Shown here piece after piece: positions 10,401-21,333 of a stretch of DNA of 64,000 nt. The DNA is taken from the IMG/VR virus record IMGVR_UViG_3300006105_001031, positions 1-64,000 of that record; one strand, given 5' to 3'. Positions within the stretch are counted from its first letter, which is position 1, and each line of letters opens with the position of its first letter. The notes beneath the pieces are model-generated. The model made no database searches and was not told where the DNA came from. It worked only from the letters and a program-made list of their open reading frames with translations. A program made the position numbers and the translations under genes. Source of the DNA: an uncultured virus (IMG/VR IMGVR_UViG_3300006105_001031). Taxonomy: Duplodnaviria; Heunggongvirae; Uroviricota; Caudoviricetes.

Positions 10401-13400
10401 ATGCCAATCCAAACTAATCTAAGTGGAAACCCATATTTTGACGATTTTAATGTAACTAACAATTACAGCAAAATTCTGTTCAAGCCTGGGATTGCTGTTC
10501 AGACGAGAGAATTAAACCAACTTCAAACTGTTCTCCAGAATCAAGTAGAACAGTTCGGTGACAATATTCTAAAAAGAGGCACAATAGTTGAAGGCTGTAA
10601 CTTCACCTTTATGCCTAATTACCCATACATTAAACTTGCTGACACTCAGGTAGACAATACACCTACAAACGTAAATAACTACGTAAACAATTATATTATC
10701 AATACAACCACAGGGTTGGCTGCTTATATTCTTGGGGGCAACACAGGATATGTGTCAACTGCTCCATACCTTAATACGATATATCTAAAATACATAAATT
10801 CTGGATATAACTATAACACAACGCAGTTCTCTGTAGGTGACACCCTCCAAATATATAACAATAATTATCCAATTAACAATGTTAATATTATTGGGGCAGG
10901 TTCTTCATACGCAAATACAGACTCTGTAATTTTTGTTGATAGTATTCTCGTTTATGGCAACAGTTCAGCGTTTACTACTGGACAATATATCTGGTCTTCG
11001 GGTGGCGGTAACGCGACAATTACTGGTGTTTATACTACAAATGCTCCAGGATACTATGCTCTTACTCTGCAGCCAAATGCTTCAGACTTACAAGCGAGCG
11101 GAAGTCCAAACACTCAAGCATGGTCGTTCTCTTCAGGATCAACTGTAACACAATATAGCCAACTTGGTGGACAAGGAACTGCTGGACCAAGCGCAACCGT
11201 AGCAAATTCTATCGGCACTGGTGCTTCTGCTTCTCTTATTACGAATACGTATACAGGAGCTATTACCAGCGTTGTTCTTAACAGCACAGGAAACAACTAT
11301 AGCATTTCTCCTTCTGTTTTCGTTCGTTCGGCTACAGGATCAGGAGCAAGTCTGGTTGCTCAAAACTATATTGCACAAGTTACTATTCCATCAAGCGTAG
11401 CAAATCCAGTTGGAAATGGATATGCATTTGGTGTAACTGATGGTGTTATCTACCAGAAGGGATACTTCTCTCAGGTAAGTTCTCAGACTATCGTAGTTAG
11501 CCCATACAGTTCTACTCCTGATGCAGTTTCTGTTGGGTTTGATACAGCCGAAAGCATTGTAACTGCTTATGTTGATCCTTCGTTGTATGACAACGCTGTT
11601 GGTACCGACGGCTATCTGTCACCAGGAGCAGATAGATTACAACTAACACCAACTCTTACTGTTCTTACTACAACTTCTGCAGCTTCTAATACAGATTTTC
11701 TTCCGTTGGTTACTTGGTCGCAGGGCCAGCCATATCAGCAAAATCAACAAACACAGTATAATGTCATCGAAGATGAGATGGCACAAAGAACATATGATGT
11801 TAGCGGCGATTTCGTTATTGATCCTTTCCTAGTCACATCAAAAACAACAACAACCGCTTCTCAGGCAAACAGCACATTCAACATTGTTGTAAATCCAGGC
11901 GAAGCATATATTGGTGGATATAGAGTAAAGACCAATGGCAATTATTATCTTCCTGTAAATAAAGGTATTGATACTAACTCTGTTTCTGCAGTTGCTACTT
12001 CTCTAATTTACAATAACTATATTGACTGCCAAGAAATTGGTGGTATGTTCAAGTTCACAACTGGTGATCTTGTCACATTCTATGACACAGCCAACCAGTT
12101 TATTTCAAATGCTGCAGGCGGATATGCTACTGGAACAATTTCTCCAGTAGGAAATATTATTGGTACTGCCAGAATTAGATCTCAGGTTGTTCTTCCTGGA
12201 GGAATTCAAGGAACACCTACTGGCTCAAATAGACTGTATCTGTTTGACGTTGCTATGTCGAATGGCGCTAACTTTAGATCAGTAAAGTCTGTTGTAGGAA
12301 CATCAAACTCAGCTATTGCTGACGTTATCTTAGCCGTAGATACAACAACTGGAACAAATGTTGCTAAGATCGTAAATACTAATTCAACACTACTGTTCCC
12401 TTCAGGCACAGCATCGATGCTGAAGTCAACAGCAAATCACAAATTCCAATACAGAACAACTGCTACAATCGGTTCGTTCAGCGGAAATAGTGTGTCTATT
12501 ACGCTGACTGGTTCTAATACATTCCCTTATACTCCAGGCACAACTCTGAATAGCGCACAAGATATTATCGTTGTTCCTACTGCAACAATTCCATTCACTA
12601 CATTATTGGCAACAACAAATGGCCAGACCAGCTCAACTGCAAATAGTATCATATTAGCATCTAGTGGTGGTGCGACAAATCTATATGTTGGTGACTACTT
12701 ACAGATTTCTAACGCTACATCAACAACAACTAATAGAATTACTGCTCTTACTGTAGCAGGAAGCAGTGTAACTGTTAACCTTGATTCTGTTCCTGTAGCT
12801 ACAACTTCTACAGCTAACGCTACTCAGGTATTCCCAAATAACGTTCCTATTCCTATCGATGGTCGCCCAAATCGTTATGTTAACGTAAACAGTAGTGCGC
12901 AGACACTAACGATTCAATTTGCTCAGACTTTCATCTCATCATATCCTCTATCGATTAGTTATAACGCAAACACTGTTGCTTCTTCGCCAGATAACATTAC
13001 AATTAATAGAAACAACCTGATCAAGATTGTTGCTTCTAATAATGCGAGTGGTGACACTGGTCCTTGGAATCTGGGTGTTCCTGGTGTATTCAGATTAAGA
13101 AACGTTTTCCTTTCTTCTCCGTATACACAAAGCATTGACGCTCAAGCTAACGTTTCAGGAAGTGCTACTTCTTCGGCAAGAATCACAATTTCCAATAACG
13201 TATTTGCTAACGGCGATAGCTTTACTTATTCTAACAGTGCAGTTTCTGCGGGTCTATCTGGTCTAACTAACGGCACAACTTATTTTGCTGTTTACGCAAA
13301 TTCGACTGGATTTTCTGTATCAACCACTTCTGGTGGATCTAACGTAACCTTTAACTCCAGCGCTGTTGCAGGAAATGTTACGTTTACTGGTGTTCCGTTA

Positions 13401-15620
13401 AAAAATATCGGCCCATCTACTCAAACTTTGACTGATGTTACCAACATGTTCTATGTTGATAGCAACCAGAAAACAGATTACATGGATCTTTCGTTGCTAT
13501 ATAGAAAGCCAGGAGTTTCGCTTCCGCTTGCAGCAAGCAACTCAGCTCTATTGGTTGTTTATGATAACTTCACAATTCCAGTTTCGAGCACAGTAAAAAC
13601 AGTTAGCTCATATAATGTTAACGTAAATACAGATGCTGCAAACTCAACAACACTAACTACATCATATGTTAATGCTGTTGAGGTTCCTGAAATCACAGGA
13701 GGAACCGGCGCATATTATGATCTTATCAATACTATCGATTTCAGACCTTCGGTTGTAAATACTGTTGCTATCACAAATAGCACATCAAGTGCACCAATCA
13801 ATCCACCTTCATCAAATAGCACTACCAAGTTTAGTGGAGTTACCTTCAACTTCCCTGTTCCTGGATCAAGTCACATTTGTGATCAAGTCAGCTATCTTGG
13901 AAGAGTTGATTCTATTGTTGTGACTGGAAGCGGACAAGTTCTTGATTCTACTGGAACTCCAGGAACTCTAATTCCTCCGCCAACACCAAGTGCAGGTATT
14001 ACTATTAGCTTGGTTAAGGTTCCTGCTTATCCTTCTATCCCACAGAATATGTCTTCAGACTATCTGTCAATTCTTGATACTAAAGTTGCTTCTCAATCAT
14101 ATAGTTTACAAAGAATTGCAAACCAAACTGTTGTTGCTCCTTTTGTGTCCAATACAGGAAATAACGCTGTTCAGGTTAGTGGATATACTATGTCAGATAT
14201 TGCTAATCTTGAAAGAAGAATTTATCAGCTAGAACAGTACGTTTCTCTGTCTCAGCTTGAACAGAGTGTACAAAATGTGCAAATTCCTTCTTCTATCACA
14301 GCAACAACAAATAGATTCAAATATGGATTTTTTGCTGATGATTTCAGCAGCACACAATATACTGACACAACAAACCCAGAGAATACCGCTGTCGTTAATA
14401 ATGGCCTGTTAGTTCCGTTCCAGGCAGCAACTAATATTCCTATTGATTTTGTTAATGATTTTGGTGCAACTTCATATTCTAAGATTGGTAACGCTATTGT
14501 TCTTCCGTATGTAGAAACTCGTCTTGTAAAACAGACAGCCGCTACTAACGGAGCAGTACCACCACCATCACCCGTTGTTGTTCAGCAAACAATGAATGCG
14601 TTCAATTCAGGATTTGGTGTTTCTATTGATACATTTAAGGCAAGCGCAACTTCGAATACGTGCTCGTTTGTGTTTAGTAGAGACTGGTGGTATGGATATA
14701 GAGGATATATTATCTTCCAGACACCAGATCCAGAATCTGATGTAATCTATCATCCTCCATTTTATGCTGGAGGATATCCTGGATACAATAGCAGTTATGC
14801 ATTAACTGGTGTTCTTGGATTTAACGGTGATGGTTCTATTCCGCTATCATCAAACACTATAGGATTGAATCAGTATGTTGCAGCGGTGTCTAACTCTCCA
14901 GGCAACTTTGCTCCTATTGGAAGCATGTACCAGTACAACTTCACCCATGACCCTTCAAAGGGGCAATACTATAAGATCTATACATATAATAGATGGTGGG
15001 AATTTGAATATTACAATTACAGATTCTCATATCCTGTAGATACAATTCAGTATCCATCAACAACTACTTCTGCTGTTGTTCCTTCGACTTATAGCGGTAC
15101 TCTGATTCCGTCACCAAGCACTTTCCAGCTATATACATATTCGTATGCATATGCTGCTTCTGGTGTGTATCTGTTGACTGGATATGTTCCATATCCATGG
15201 TATTACGGTGTTTATGGATTGTACAATGGTCTATATTACTATGCAAACCAGCAGAAATTTGATTTTGCTGTTACTGGGCTAAGACCATCTACTAAACATA
15301 CGTTTACGTTTGATGGAACTGATCAAACAGCTCTATGTAAGCAATTCGGTGGCACTCTGGGTGGTGGTCTTGTATCTGATCAGCACGGTCAAATGGAGTT
15401 CTCGTTCTACTTCGGAAATGGAATAAATTCCACAACAACCGGATTGTCTGCTGCCCAAGCTCTATCTAACTCACTAGCAGCATCCAAGGTTGCTATTGTT
15501 GCTACGGCGGATAACAGTTCTACAGCACAAGCAACAATTAATGTCATCCCAGCAAGCAATTATGTTGTACCAATTGGTTATGACTATTGCTGGTGGCCAT
15601 ATTACAGATTTTATCGTTAA
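10401..15620 (+). CDS. Large VrlC-like (DUF4815-type) virion structural protein, N-terminal part
   Basis: NPYFDDF..KILFKPG.AVQTRELNQLQT; PGADRL; AQRTYDVSGDF; YTMSDIANLERRI..LEQY; NRFKYGFFADDF. Confidence 0.8.
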   Translation: MPIQTNLSGNPYFDDFNVTNNYSKILFKPGIAVQTRELNQLQTVLQNQVEQFGDNILKRGTIVEGCNFTFMPNYPYIKLADTQVDNTPTNVNNYVNNYIINTTTGLAAYILGGNTGYVSTAPYLNTIYLKYINSGYNYNTTQFSVGDTLQIYNNNYPINNVNIIGAGSSYANTDSVIFVDSILVYGNSSAFTTGQYIWSSGGGNATITGVYTTNAPGYYALTLQPNASDLQASGSPNTQAWSFSSGSTVTQYSQLGGQGTAGPSATVANSIGTGASASLITNTYTGAITSVVLNSTGNNYSISPSVFVRSATGSGASLVAQNYIAQVTIPSSVANPVGNGYAFGVTDGVIYQKGYFSQVSSQTIVVSPYSSTPDAVSVGFDTAESIVTAYVDPSLYDNAVGTDGYLSPGADRLQLTPTLTVLTTTSAASNTDFLPLVTWSQGQPYQQNQQTQYNVIEDEMAQRTYDVSGDFVIDPFLVTSKTTTTASQANSTFNIVVNPGEAYIGGYRVKTNGNYYLPVNKGIDTNSVSAVATSLIYNNYIDCQEIGGMFKFTTGDLVTFYDTANQFISNAAGGYATGTISPVGNIIGTARIRSQVVLPGGIQGTPTGSNRLYLFDVAMSNGANFRSVKSVVGTSNSAIADVILAVDTTTGTNVAKIVNTNSTLLFPSGTASMLKSTANHKFQYRTTATIGSFSGNSVSITLTGSNTFPYTPGTTLNSAQDIIVVPTATIPFTTLLATTNGQTSSTANSIILASSGGATNLYVGDYLQISNATSTTTNRITALTVAGSSVTVNLDSVPVATTSTANATQVFPNNVPIPIDGRPNRYVNVNSSAQTLTIQFAQTFISSYPLSISYNANTVASSPDNITINRNNLIKIVASNNASGDTGPWNLGVPGVFRLRNVFLSSPYTQSIDAQANVSGSATSSARITISNNVFANGDSFTYSNSAVSAGLSGLTNGTTYFAVYANSTGFSVSTTSGGSNVTFNSSAVAGNVTFTGVPLKNIGPSTQTLTDVTNMFYVDSNQKTDYMDLSLLYRKPGVSLPLAASNSALLVVYDNFTIPVSSTVKTVSSYNVNVNTDAANSTTLTTSYVNAVEVPEITGGTGAYYDLINTIDFRPSVVNTVAITNSTSSAPINPPSSNSTTKFSGVTFNFPVPGSSHICDQVSYLGRVDSIVVTGSGQVLDSTGTPGTLIPPPTPSAGITISLVKVPAYPSIPQNMSSDYLSILDTKVASQSYSLQRIANQTVVAPFVSNTGNNAVQVSGYTMSDIANLERRIYQLEQYVSLSQLEQSVQNVQIPSSITATTNRFKYGFFADDFSSTQYTDTTNPENTAVVNNGLLVPFQAATNIPIDFVNDFGATSYSKIGNAIVLPYVETRLVKQTAATNGAVPPPSPVVVQQTMNAFNSGFGVSIDTFKASATSNTCSFVFSRDWWYGYRGYIIFQTPDPESDVIYHPPFYAGGYPGYNSSYALTGVLGFNGDGSIPLSSNTIGLNQYVAAVSNSPGNFAPIGSMYQYNFTHDPSKGQYYKIYTYNRWWEFEYYNYRFSYPVDTIQYPSTTTSAVVPSTYSGTLIPSPSTFQLYTYSYAYAASGVYLLTGYVPYPWYYGVYGLYNGLYYYANQQKFDFAVTGLRPSTKHTFTFDGTDQTALCKQFGGTLGGGLVSDQHGQMEFSFYFGNGINSTTTGLSAAQALSNSLAASKVAIVATADNSSTAQATINVIPASNYVVPIGYDYCWWPYYRFYR

Positions 15621-15633
15621 GGATTAAGATATT

Positions 15634-17763
15634 ATGTCTAATAATTTAGCTCAAACCTTTTATGTTGATCCTCAAGCAGTTTCTAACTCTGATAACATAT
15701 ATGTAACGAGCATAACTCTTTATGTAAAAACGCAACCTACTATGGGCAAAACGGTATCAGGAATGTATGCCCCTGGTATGCAAGTTTCTTTGGCCAAAAC
15801 TATCAATGGGGTTCCTGACCCTACAAGCGTATATCTAAATTCTATAACAAGAGCAGAATATGCTGCAATCAATCCATCGCCAACTGCAGATGTTCCTACT
15901 ACATTCAATTTTAAAACACCAGTTCAACTTTCTACTGGTGCGACTTATGCTGTTCTGATTGCTTTTGATGATCCAGGTTATCAATTATGGGAAGCCAAAA
16001 CCGGAGATGTTATTCTTGGTGGATCTACAGCTTTTGCTGGTGTTTCTAATTTCCAAGGACAAAAATTCAACTTTCAAAATGATGGAACATGGAATCCTGT
16101 AAGTTCTACAGATATTTGTTTCTCTGTTAATATTGCACAGTTTACTAGCAATACACAAACTGTTGTCGTTGCTGACAGTGGTGTAGAGTCTCTCAACTAT
16201 TCGTCTATCACTGGAACTTTTATTGGTGGTGAGAATGTATTCGCAACTAATGGATCATATGTTTCTGCGCAAACAATAAGTGTAATTACTGGAAACAGTA
16301 CAGTTACAGGAACTAGTACAAGATTCTTAAGCACGTTCAGTTCAAACGATTATATTGTAATTTCTACATCAGCTGGTAATTTTATCAGACAGGTAGCAAA
16401 TACACCAGCAAGCGATACTGTATTGTACGTTACAGAACCATTGCCTGTAACCAACAACAATGCTAGATATTTGAAATCTATGATTGCCAATGTGTATAAC
16501 ATCAATCAAACATCAAATTCTATTATTCTTAGCGGATCGACAGCAAACTCGACGTTTTATCTGCAGACTGGTAATACAATTGTTGGCGAGCACTCAAACG
16601 CAACAGCAACAATCGCTTCTGTATTGCCGATTACTGTAGATCAGTTTACCCCAGAACTCTTTATCACAACGCCTTCTACTGGATACTTTAATCCATCTAT
16701 CAATTTTGCGTTTGTCAATCCAAGCAATCCTTCATCATATACTTTCTATTCGGGTAATGATATTAAGTTCAACAATAACACATTAACTACTTTACCTGTG
16801 AATAGCTTTAACGGTAATGCTGCAATTCTTTCTAGATCGCTTGAAGTTCTTTCGATCAACAATGGGATCTATCAACCAAACGCAGCAATAAGCGATTATC
16901 GTTCAGCTAGAATTACGTTGAACATGGGAATGAATTTGCCATCATCTTCGCCAATTTATGATTCTCCTCTGCTTTATGGCGAAAGATTGAATCTGTTCTC
17001 TTCGGCTGCTATTCTAAATAACGACCAAACAAACGAAAACACAACACAGGGTAATGCTGTTTCTAAGCACATTACTACAAAGGTTTCGTTTAATCAGGGC
17101 CAGCAAGCAGAAAATATCTTCGCTTATGCTTCTGCGTATATCCCACCAACGACAAACGTCGCTGTTTATGCTAAGGTATACAACGCAAAAGATCCAGACA
17201 GCTTTAACTCTAAAGACTGGACTCTCATGCTGCCAAATACTCAGAATAACGGTCAAGTGAGCACTCCAGGCAATACTCAAAATTATGTAAATCTATCTTG
17301 GTCATTGCCTCCTTATCCGCCAACAAACTATACTGCTAATGGTACAGTTACTGTAACAAGCGGAAACTCAACTATTACCGGGATTAACACAAACTTCGGT
17401 AATAGCATCAATGGTGTTGTTGCGGGCGACTTGGTTAAGATTTATCCTGCTCTATTCCCTAACACAAACACATACTTCATTGGTACTGTGTTAACTGTCA
17501 ACTCTGCTAACTCTATCACTTTGGACGTTTCTACTACAAACACAAGTCTTGTACAGAGTAATATGCTAGTTGATAGATTGTCAACCCCACATACTGCGTT
17601 TATCAATCCTCAAAATTCAAACGTGGTTAGATATTACAATAGCTCTATGTCTCAGTACGATGCGATCGATAGTATGGCATTTAAGATTGTTCTTCTTGGA
17701 GCAAATGCAAGCTCGGTCTATCCGACAATGAATTCATTCCAGGCTATTGGTGTTAGTGCATAA
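15634..17763 (+). CDS. Virion structural protein corresponding to the C-terminal half of VrlC-like proteins
   Basis: LAQTFYVD..YVTSITLY..PTTFNFKTPVQL..FQNDGTW..DICF; AVSKHITTKV; MAFKIVL. Confidence 0.7.
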   Translation: MSNNLAQTFYVDPQAVSNSDNIYVTSITLYVKTQPTMGKTVSGMYAPGMQVSLAKTINGVPDPTSVYLNSITRAEYAAINPSPTADVPTTFNFKTPVQLSTGATYAVLIAFDDPGYQLWEAKTGDVILGGSTAFAGVSNFQGQKFNFQNDGTWNPVSSTDICFSVNIAQFTSNTQTVVVADSGVESLNYSSITGTFIGGENVFATNGSYVSAQTISVITGNSTVTGTSTRFLSTFSSNDYIVISTSAGNFIRQVANTPASDTVLYVTEPLPVTNNNARYLKSMIANVYNINQTSNSIILSGSTANSTFYLQTGNTIVGEHSNATATIASVLPITVDQFTPELFITTPSTGYFNPSINFAFVNPSNPSSYTFYSGNDIKFNNNTLTTLPVNSFNGNAAILSRSLEVLSINNGIYQPNAAISDYRSARITLNMGMNLPSSSPIYDSPLLYGERLNLFSSAAILNNDQTNENTTQGNAVSKHITTKVSFNQGQQAENIFAYASAYIPPTTNVAVYAKVYNAKDPDSFNSKDWTLMLPNTQNNGQVSTPGNTQNYVNLSWSLPPYPPTNYTANGTVTVTSGNSTITGINTNFGNSINGVVAGDLVKIYPALFPNTNTYFIGTVLTVNSANSITLDVSTTNTSLVQSNMLVDRLSTPHTAFINPQNSNVVRYYNSSMSQYDAIDSMAFKIVLLGANASSVYPTMNSFQAIGVSA

Positions 17764-17984
17764 TGAATAAATTAGTTAAAATAGACTCCCATCCTGGATT
17801 ATGTAGAGATATGACAACAGGAGCTATACTAAATACAGATACTAATGCTTTAGATTTGTATAAAGCAGAACGTAATAGAATACTTGAGCAAAATAAAATT
17901 AAAGAAGATATTTCTAATTTGCAATCTGATTTTGTTGAAATGAAAGAAATGCTTTCTCAAATTCTAAAGGCAATAACTAAATGA
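17763..17984 (+). CDS. Small conserved phage protein with coiled-coil C-terminus
   Basis: HPGLCRD..TGAILNTD motif typical of the small gene after VrlC-like genes; TAATG coupling. Confidence 0.7.
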   Translation: MNKLVKIDSHPGLCRDMTTGAILNTDTNALDLYKAERNRILEQNKIKEDISNLQSDFVEMKEMLSQILKAITK

Positions 17985-18598
17985 TAAATGGTAATCAAAC
18001 AAATTTAGCTACAGATACTTTTGCTACTTGGTTGTATAATACAAATCAGGTCGCTCTTGCCGTAAACAACAATATGGTTTCAGTTGATGGTACTGCTACA
18101 GGCAATGTAAGTACAGGCAATGGATTTGTTAATGGTACGTTTTCTTCTACTGTTCTTGTCGCTAACGGATATCTTCGTGGCGGCAGTGTATCAACACCAA
18201 ATACACTAACAGTAGACGGCGGTATTGCTGTAACAAACAGCGCTGCCACAATAAACATATTTTCTATGTTGGGTGGAAGATTAAACTCAACATCCAATGC
18301 TGCTCAACAAATTGATACATTTTCACTTTCATCATATAGATCAGCAAAATACGTAATTCAAGTCAATATGCCATCAGCTGGCGCGCAATGTTCTGAATTG
18401 CTTATTACGCAAAACACCGCAGCAGTTGTTCTTACAGAATATGGTACTGTTTGTACAAATACTAGCGGTCCTATTGCAGTCTTTACTGCTAGTATTTCTT
18501 CAGGAAATGCTGTTATTACCATGACACCTCTAGTAAACACTACTATTGCAGGCGGTGGTGTTAATGCTGTTTTCCAAAAAACAATTCTATCGGTATAA
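17981..18598 (+). CDS. Virion structural protein
   Basis: DTFATWLYNTN N-terminus; IDTF...YRSAKYVIQ..SELL..TEYG domain. Confidence 0.65.
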   Translation: MINGNQTNLATDTFATWLYNTNQVALAVNNNMVSVDGTATGNVSTGNGFVNGTFSSTVLVANGYLRGGSVSTPNTLTVDGGIAVTNSAATINIFSMLGGRLNSTSNAAQQIDTFSLSSYRSAKYVIQVNMPSAGAQCSELLITQNTAAVVLTEYGTVCTNTSGPIAVFTASISSGNAVITMTPLVNTTIAGGGVNAVFQKTILSV

Positions 18599-18607
18599 GA
18601 GGATAAC

Positions 18608-18943
18608 ATGGCAGCAAAAGCAAACATATATGTTGATCAAGGTTCTACGTTTTCTACTGATCTGTCATTAACAGATAGTAGCGGAAATCCCATTGATTTA
18701 ACAAATTATACTGTTCAAGGCAAAATCAGAAAATGGTATACATCAAATTCTTCTGTTAGCTTTTCTGTTAGTATCCCAACACCAACAAATGGGACAATTA
18801 CCATTTCTTTAGATTATGGTACAACAGCAAACATGTCTTTTGGTAGATATGTTTATGACATTGATGCAAAAAATATGACAGCAAATTCTGTGACACGATT
18901 GGTAGAAGGTATACTTACTGTTAATCCTACAGCAACATATTAA
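18608..18943 (+). CDS. Conserved virion structural protein (Ig-like)
   Basis: ANIYVDQGSTF..DLTNYT..IRKWY..GRYVYDI..RLVEGILTVNP; RBS GAGG. Confidence 0.75.
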   Translation: MAAKANIYVDQGSTFSTDLSLTDSSGNPIDLTNYTVQGKIRKWYTSNSSVSFSVSIPTPTNGTITISLDYGTTANMSFGRYVYDIDAKNMTANSVTRLVEGILTVNPTATY

Positions 18944-18952
18944 GGAACCATA

Positions 18953-21256
18953 ATGTCGAGCGGAATAAATGTAGTATTGAAGAATGCAGCAAATACTATT
19001 TCTTTGCAAAATTTTCCTGGCAACCAAATACAACTTGGTTCAAATAGCTATTTTAACATATTAACTGCAAATTCTATCAACACAAGCAATATTATTTCAA
19101 ACAGTAGTATTAACATCACATCTGGTATAGATAAATGGTGCTTTGCTAACAGTGGCGTTATAATTTTTCCTGATAATACCGTGCAAACTACTGCATATAC
19201 AGGCATTGCTAATAGTGCTACTTACTTAAATGGGTTTACAAGTTCATACTTTGCAGCTAACAGTTCACTAGCCAATTACTATCTAGCATCAAATCCAGCA
19301 GGTTATATTACTGCATCAGCAAACATTACTGGTTCCGCAAATAGTGCTACATATCTAGGTGGTAAAACTGAAGCGAATCTCAATGTAAATGCAGCAATTT
19401 ATTCAACAAATTCCACATTCTCATATACCGCAAATAGTGCTACATATCTAGGTGGGTTTACAAGTTCATACTTTGCAGCTAACAGTTCACTAGCCAATTA
19501 CTATCTAGCATCAAATCCAGCAGGTTATATTACTGCTTCTTCCAGCATCACTGGTTCCGCAAATAGTGCTACTTACTTAAATGGGTTCCAGAGTTCATAC
19601 TTTGCTGCCAATAGCTCACTAGCTAACTATTATCTGGCATCTAACCCAGCAGGTTACATTACTGCTTCTGCTAGTATCACAGGTTCAGCAAATAGTGCTG
19701 CCTATCTTGGTGGTAAAACTGAAGCGAATCTTAATGTAAATTCGGCAGTGTATGCAACAAACTCTAGTTTCGCTTATACAGCTAATAATGCTACATATTT
19801 TGGTGGATTAACTTCTGATGCTTATCAGACTAAAGCAGGTTTAAATGCTAATATTGCTGCTTATTTGCCAGTATACGGTGGTGTTGTTAATGCTTCCGTT
19901 GTTAACATTTATTCTAATGTAGCTTTTGCTGCTGGCAGTTCAGGAAGCAACGGGATTCAGACATCCACCTTTGCTGGTAATCCTTACGCCACAACTTCCG
20001 ACACATACTACCTGCCAATAACACTCGGTGGTGGTGGTGTCGTTTATATAGACAATGATGGTAATTTCAATCTGTGGAATACCACAGGATCCTCGGATTC
20101 TAATACATCAATTCAAACTGTTGTTTTAGATACTATACCAAGCATAGTGTCACCTATATGTCAACCAATCACTATCGGTGTGGTTGTTCCTAAAGCTGGA
20201 ACACTTCCCGGAAGTCTTGCAAACAACACAACTTATTATTTTAAAGTTGTGGGCATCGATTCATTCGGTAATCCAACATTACCTAGCCAAGAAGTATCTT
20301 TCAATACTGGAGCAGGTACCTCTATTGATATTTACTGGAGTGTTTCTTATCCTCAAGCTCTTTCCTCGTATCAGGTTTGGTTCAGTACTACTTCTGGTGG
20401 TCAAAACAAATACATTTCTGTTTCAGCTTACGCGTATTCAGGAGTGTATAGTTTCCGTCAAACAACTGGTGCAACAAGTGGTACTCTACCTACAACCAAC
20501 CGCACTAGCTCTATCCAACTAAGTACAATTATTCCAACGAATGCCAACACTTCATTGCCAGCATGGGGTACGTATGGAGCTGGAATTGTCATTGCAAACG
20601 CTACGTATACAGATACCACAACTGCAAGTAATGCCGTTATTTCTTCTACATACATGAATAATTTTGAAACTCCTACATACTCAGCTTTGAATTCTAACAT
20701 AACAATAACTAACTTATTTGGAACATATTTTGCCAATCCTGCTAATGGTTCTACTGTAAAAGTAACCAACAAATATGCTGTTGGTGTGGATAGCTTTTAT
20801 TCAGCAGGCAATTCGTTGTTTTCAGGAACAATAGCATCAAGTAGCAATATTCAAATTGGAACAATATCTTCTACTTCTAATGGTTCTTCGCTAACAACAA
20901 ATACTATACAAATAGGAAACACATCAATATATTCAAATATATCTCCAGGTGTGTTATACGTAAATTCTGTTGGTACAACAATACCTTCTTCTAATGCTTC
21001 AGTAGGAGCTAATGGATCAACACAATTAACAAATGGTATTGTTATGAAGTGGGGATCGTTGTTAGTAAATTCAACTACATCTGCACAAACATTTTATACT
21101 CCATATACAGTAAATGCTTTTAGTTTTACTGCTGTTGCCAGCACAACGGGCGCGACATATGTTCCTGCAGTTACTACACTTTCTAAAACAGGATATACTA
21201 TACTCACAAGTAATAGTGCAAATACAACAGTATATTGGACAGCAATAGGAATATAA
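18953..21256 (+). CDS. Tail fibre-like protein with internal tandem repeats
   Basis: FPDNTVQTTA motif; ANSATYL repeats; FnIII-like TYYFKVVGID; C-terminal NGSTQLTNGIVMKWG...YWTAIG fibre-tip domain. Confidence 0.7.
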   Translation: MSSGINVVLKNAANTISLQNFPGNQIQLGSNSYFNILTANSINTSNIISNSSINITSGIDKWCFANSGVIIFPDNTVQTTAYTGIANSATYLNGFTSSYFAANSSLANYYLASNPAGYITASANITGSANSATYLGGKTEANLNVNAAIYSTNSTFSYTANSATYLGGFTSSYFAANSSLANYYLASNPAGYITASSSITGSANSATYLNGFQSSYFAANSSLANYYLASNPAGYITASASITGSANSAAYLGGKTEANLNVNSAVYATNSSFAYTANNATYFGGLTSDAYQTKAGLNANIAAYLPVYGGVVNASVVNIYSNVAFAAGSSGSNGIQTSTFAGNPYATTSDTYYLPITLGGGGVVYIDNDGNFNLWNTTGSSDSNTSIQTVVLDTIPSIVSPICQPITIGVVVPKAGTLPGSLANNTTYYFKVVGIDSFGNPTLPSQEVSFNTGAGTSIDIYWSVSYPQALSSYQVWFSTTSGGQNKYISVSAYAYSGVYSFRQTTGATSGTLPTTNRTSSIQLSTIIPTNANTSLPAWGTYGAGIVIANATYTDTTTASNAVISSTYMNNFETPTYSALNSNITITNLFGTYFANPANGSTVKVTNKYAVGVDSFYSAGNSLFSGTIASSSNIQIGTISSTSNGSSLTTNTIQIGNTSIYSNISPGVLYVNSVGTTIPSSNASVGANGSTQLTNGIVMKWGSLLVNSTTSAQTFYTPYTVNAFSFTAVASTTGATYVPAVTTLSKTGYTILTSNSANTTVYWTAIGI
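19208..19800 (+). repeat. In-frame tandem repeat array A-B-A-A-B (A 43 aa, B 31 aa)
   Basis: Identical ~83-nt stretch at 19232 and 19454 (offset 222 nt = 74 codons); A=ANSATYLNGFTSSYFAANSSLANYYLASNPAGYITAS.., B=ANSATYLGGKTEANLNVN.. Confidence 0.9.
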
Positions 21257-21333
21257 AAATTATGATGAGTGTTTTTAGTGATTGTAGCTATATAATATAA
21301 CAAAAGTAACATAATCGGGGAAAGGGAACCGAA

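Noticed and set aside
19208..19800. CRISPR array or DGR template/variable repeat pair
   Set aside because: Repeats are in-frame coding units without spacers, differences are not adenine-specific, and no reverse transcriptase or cas gene is in the window
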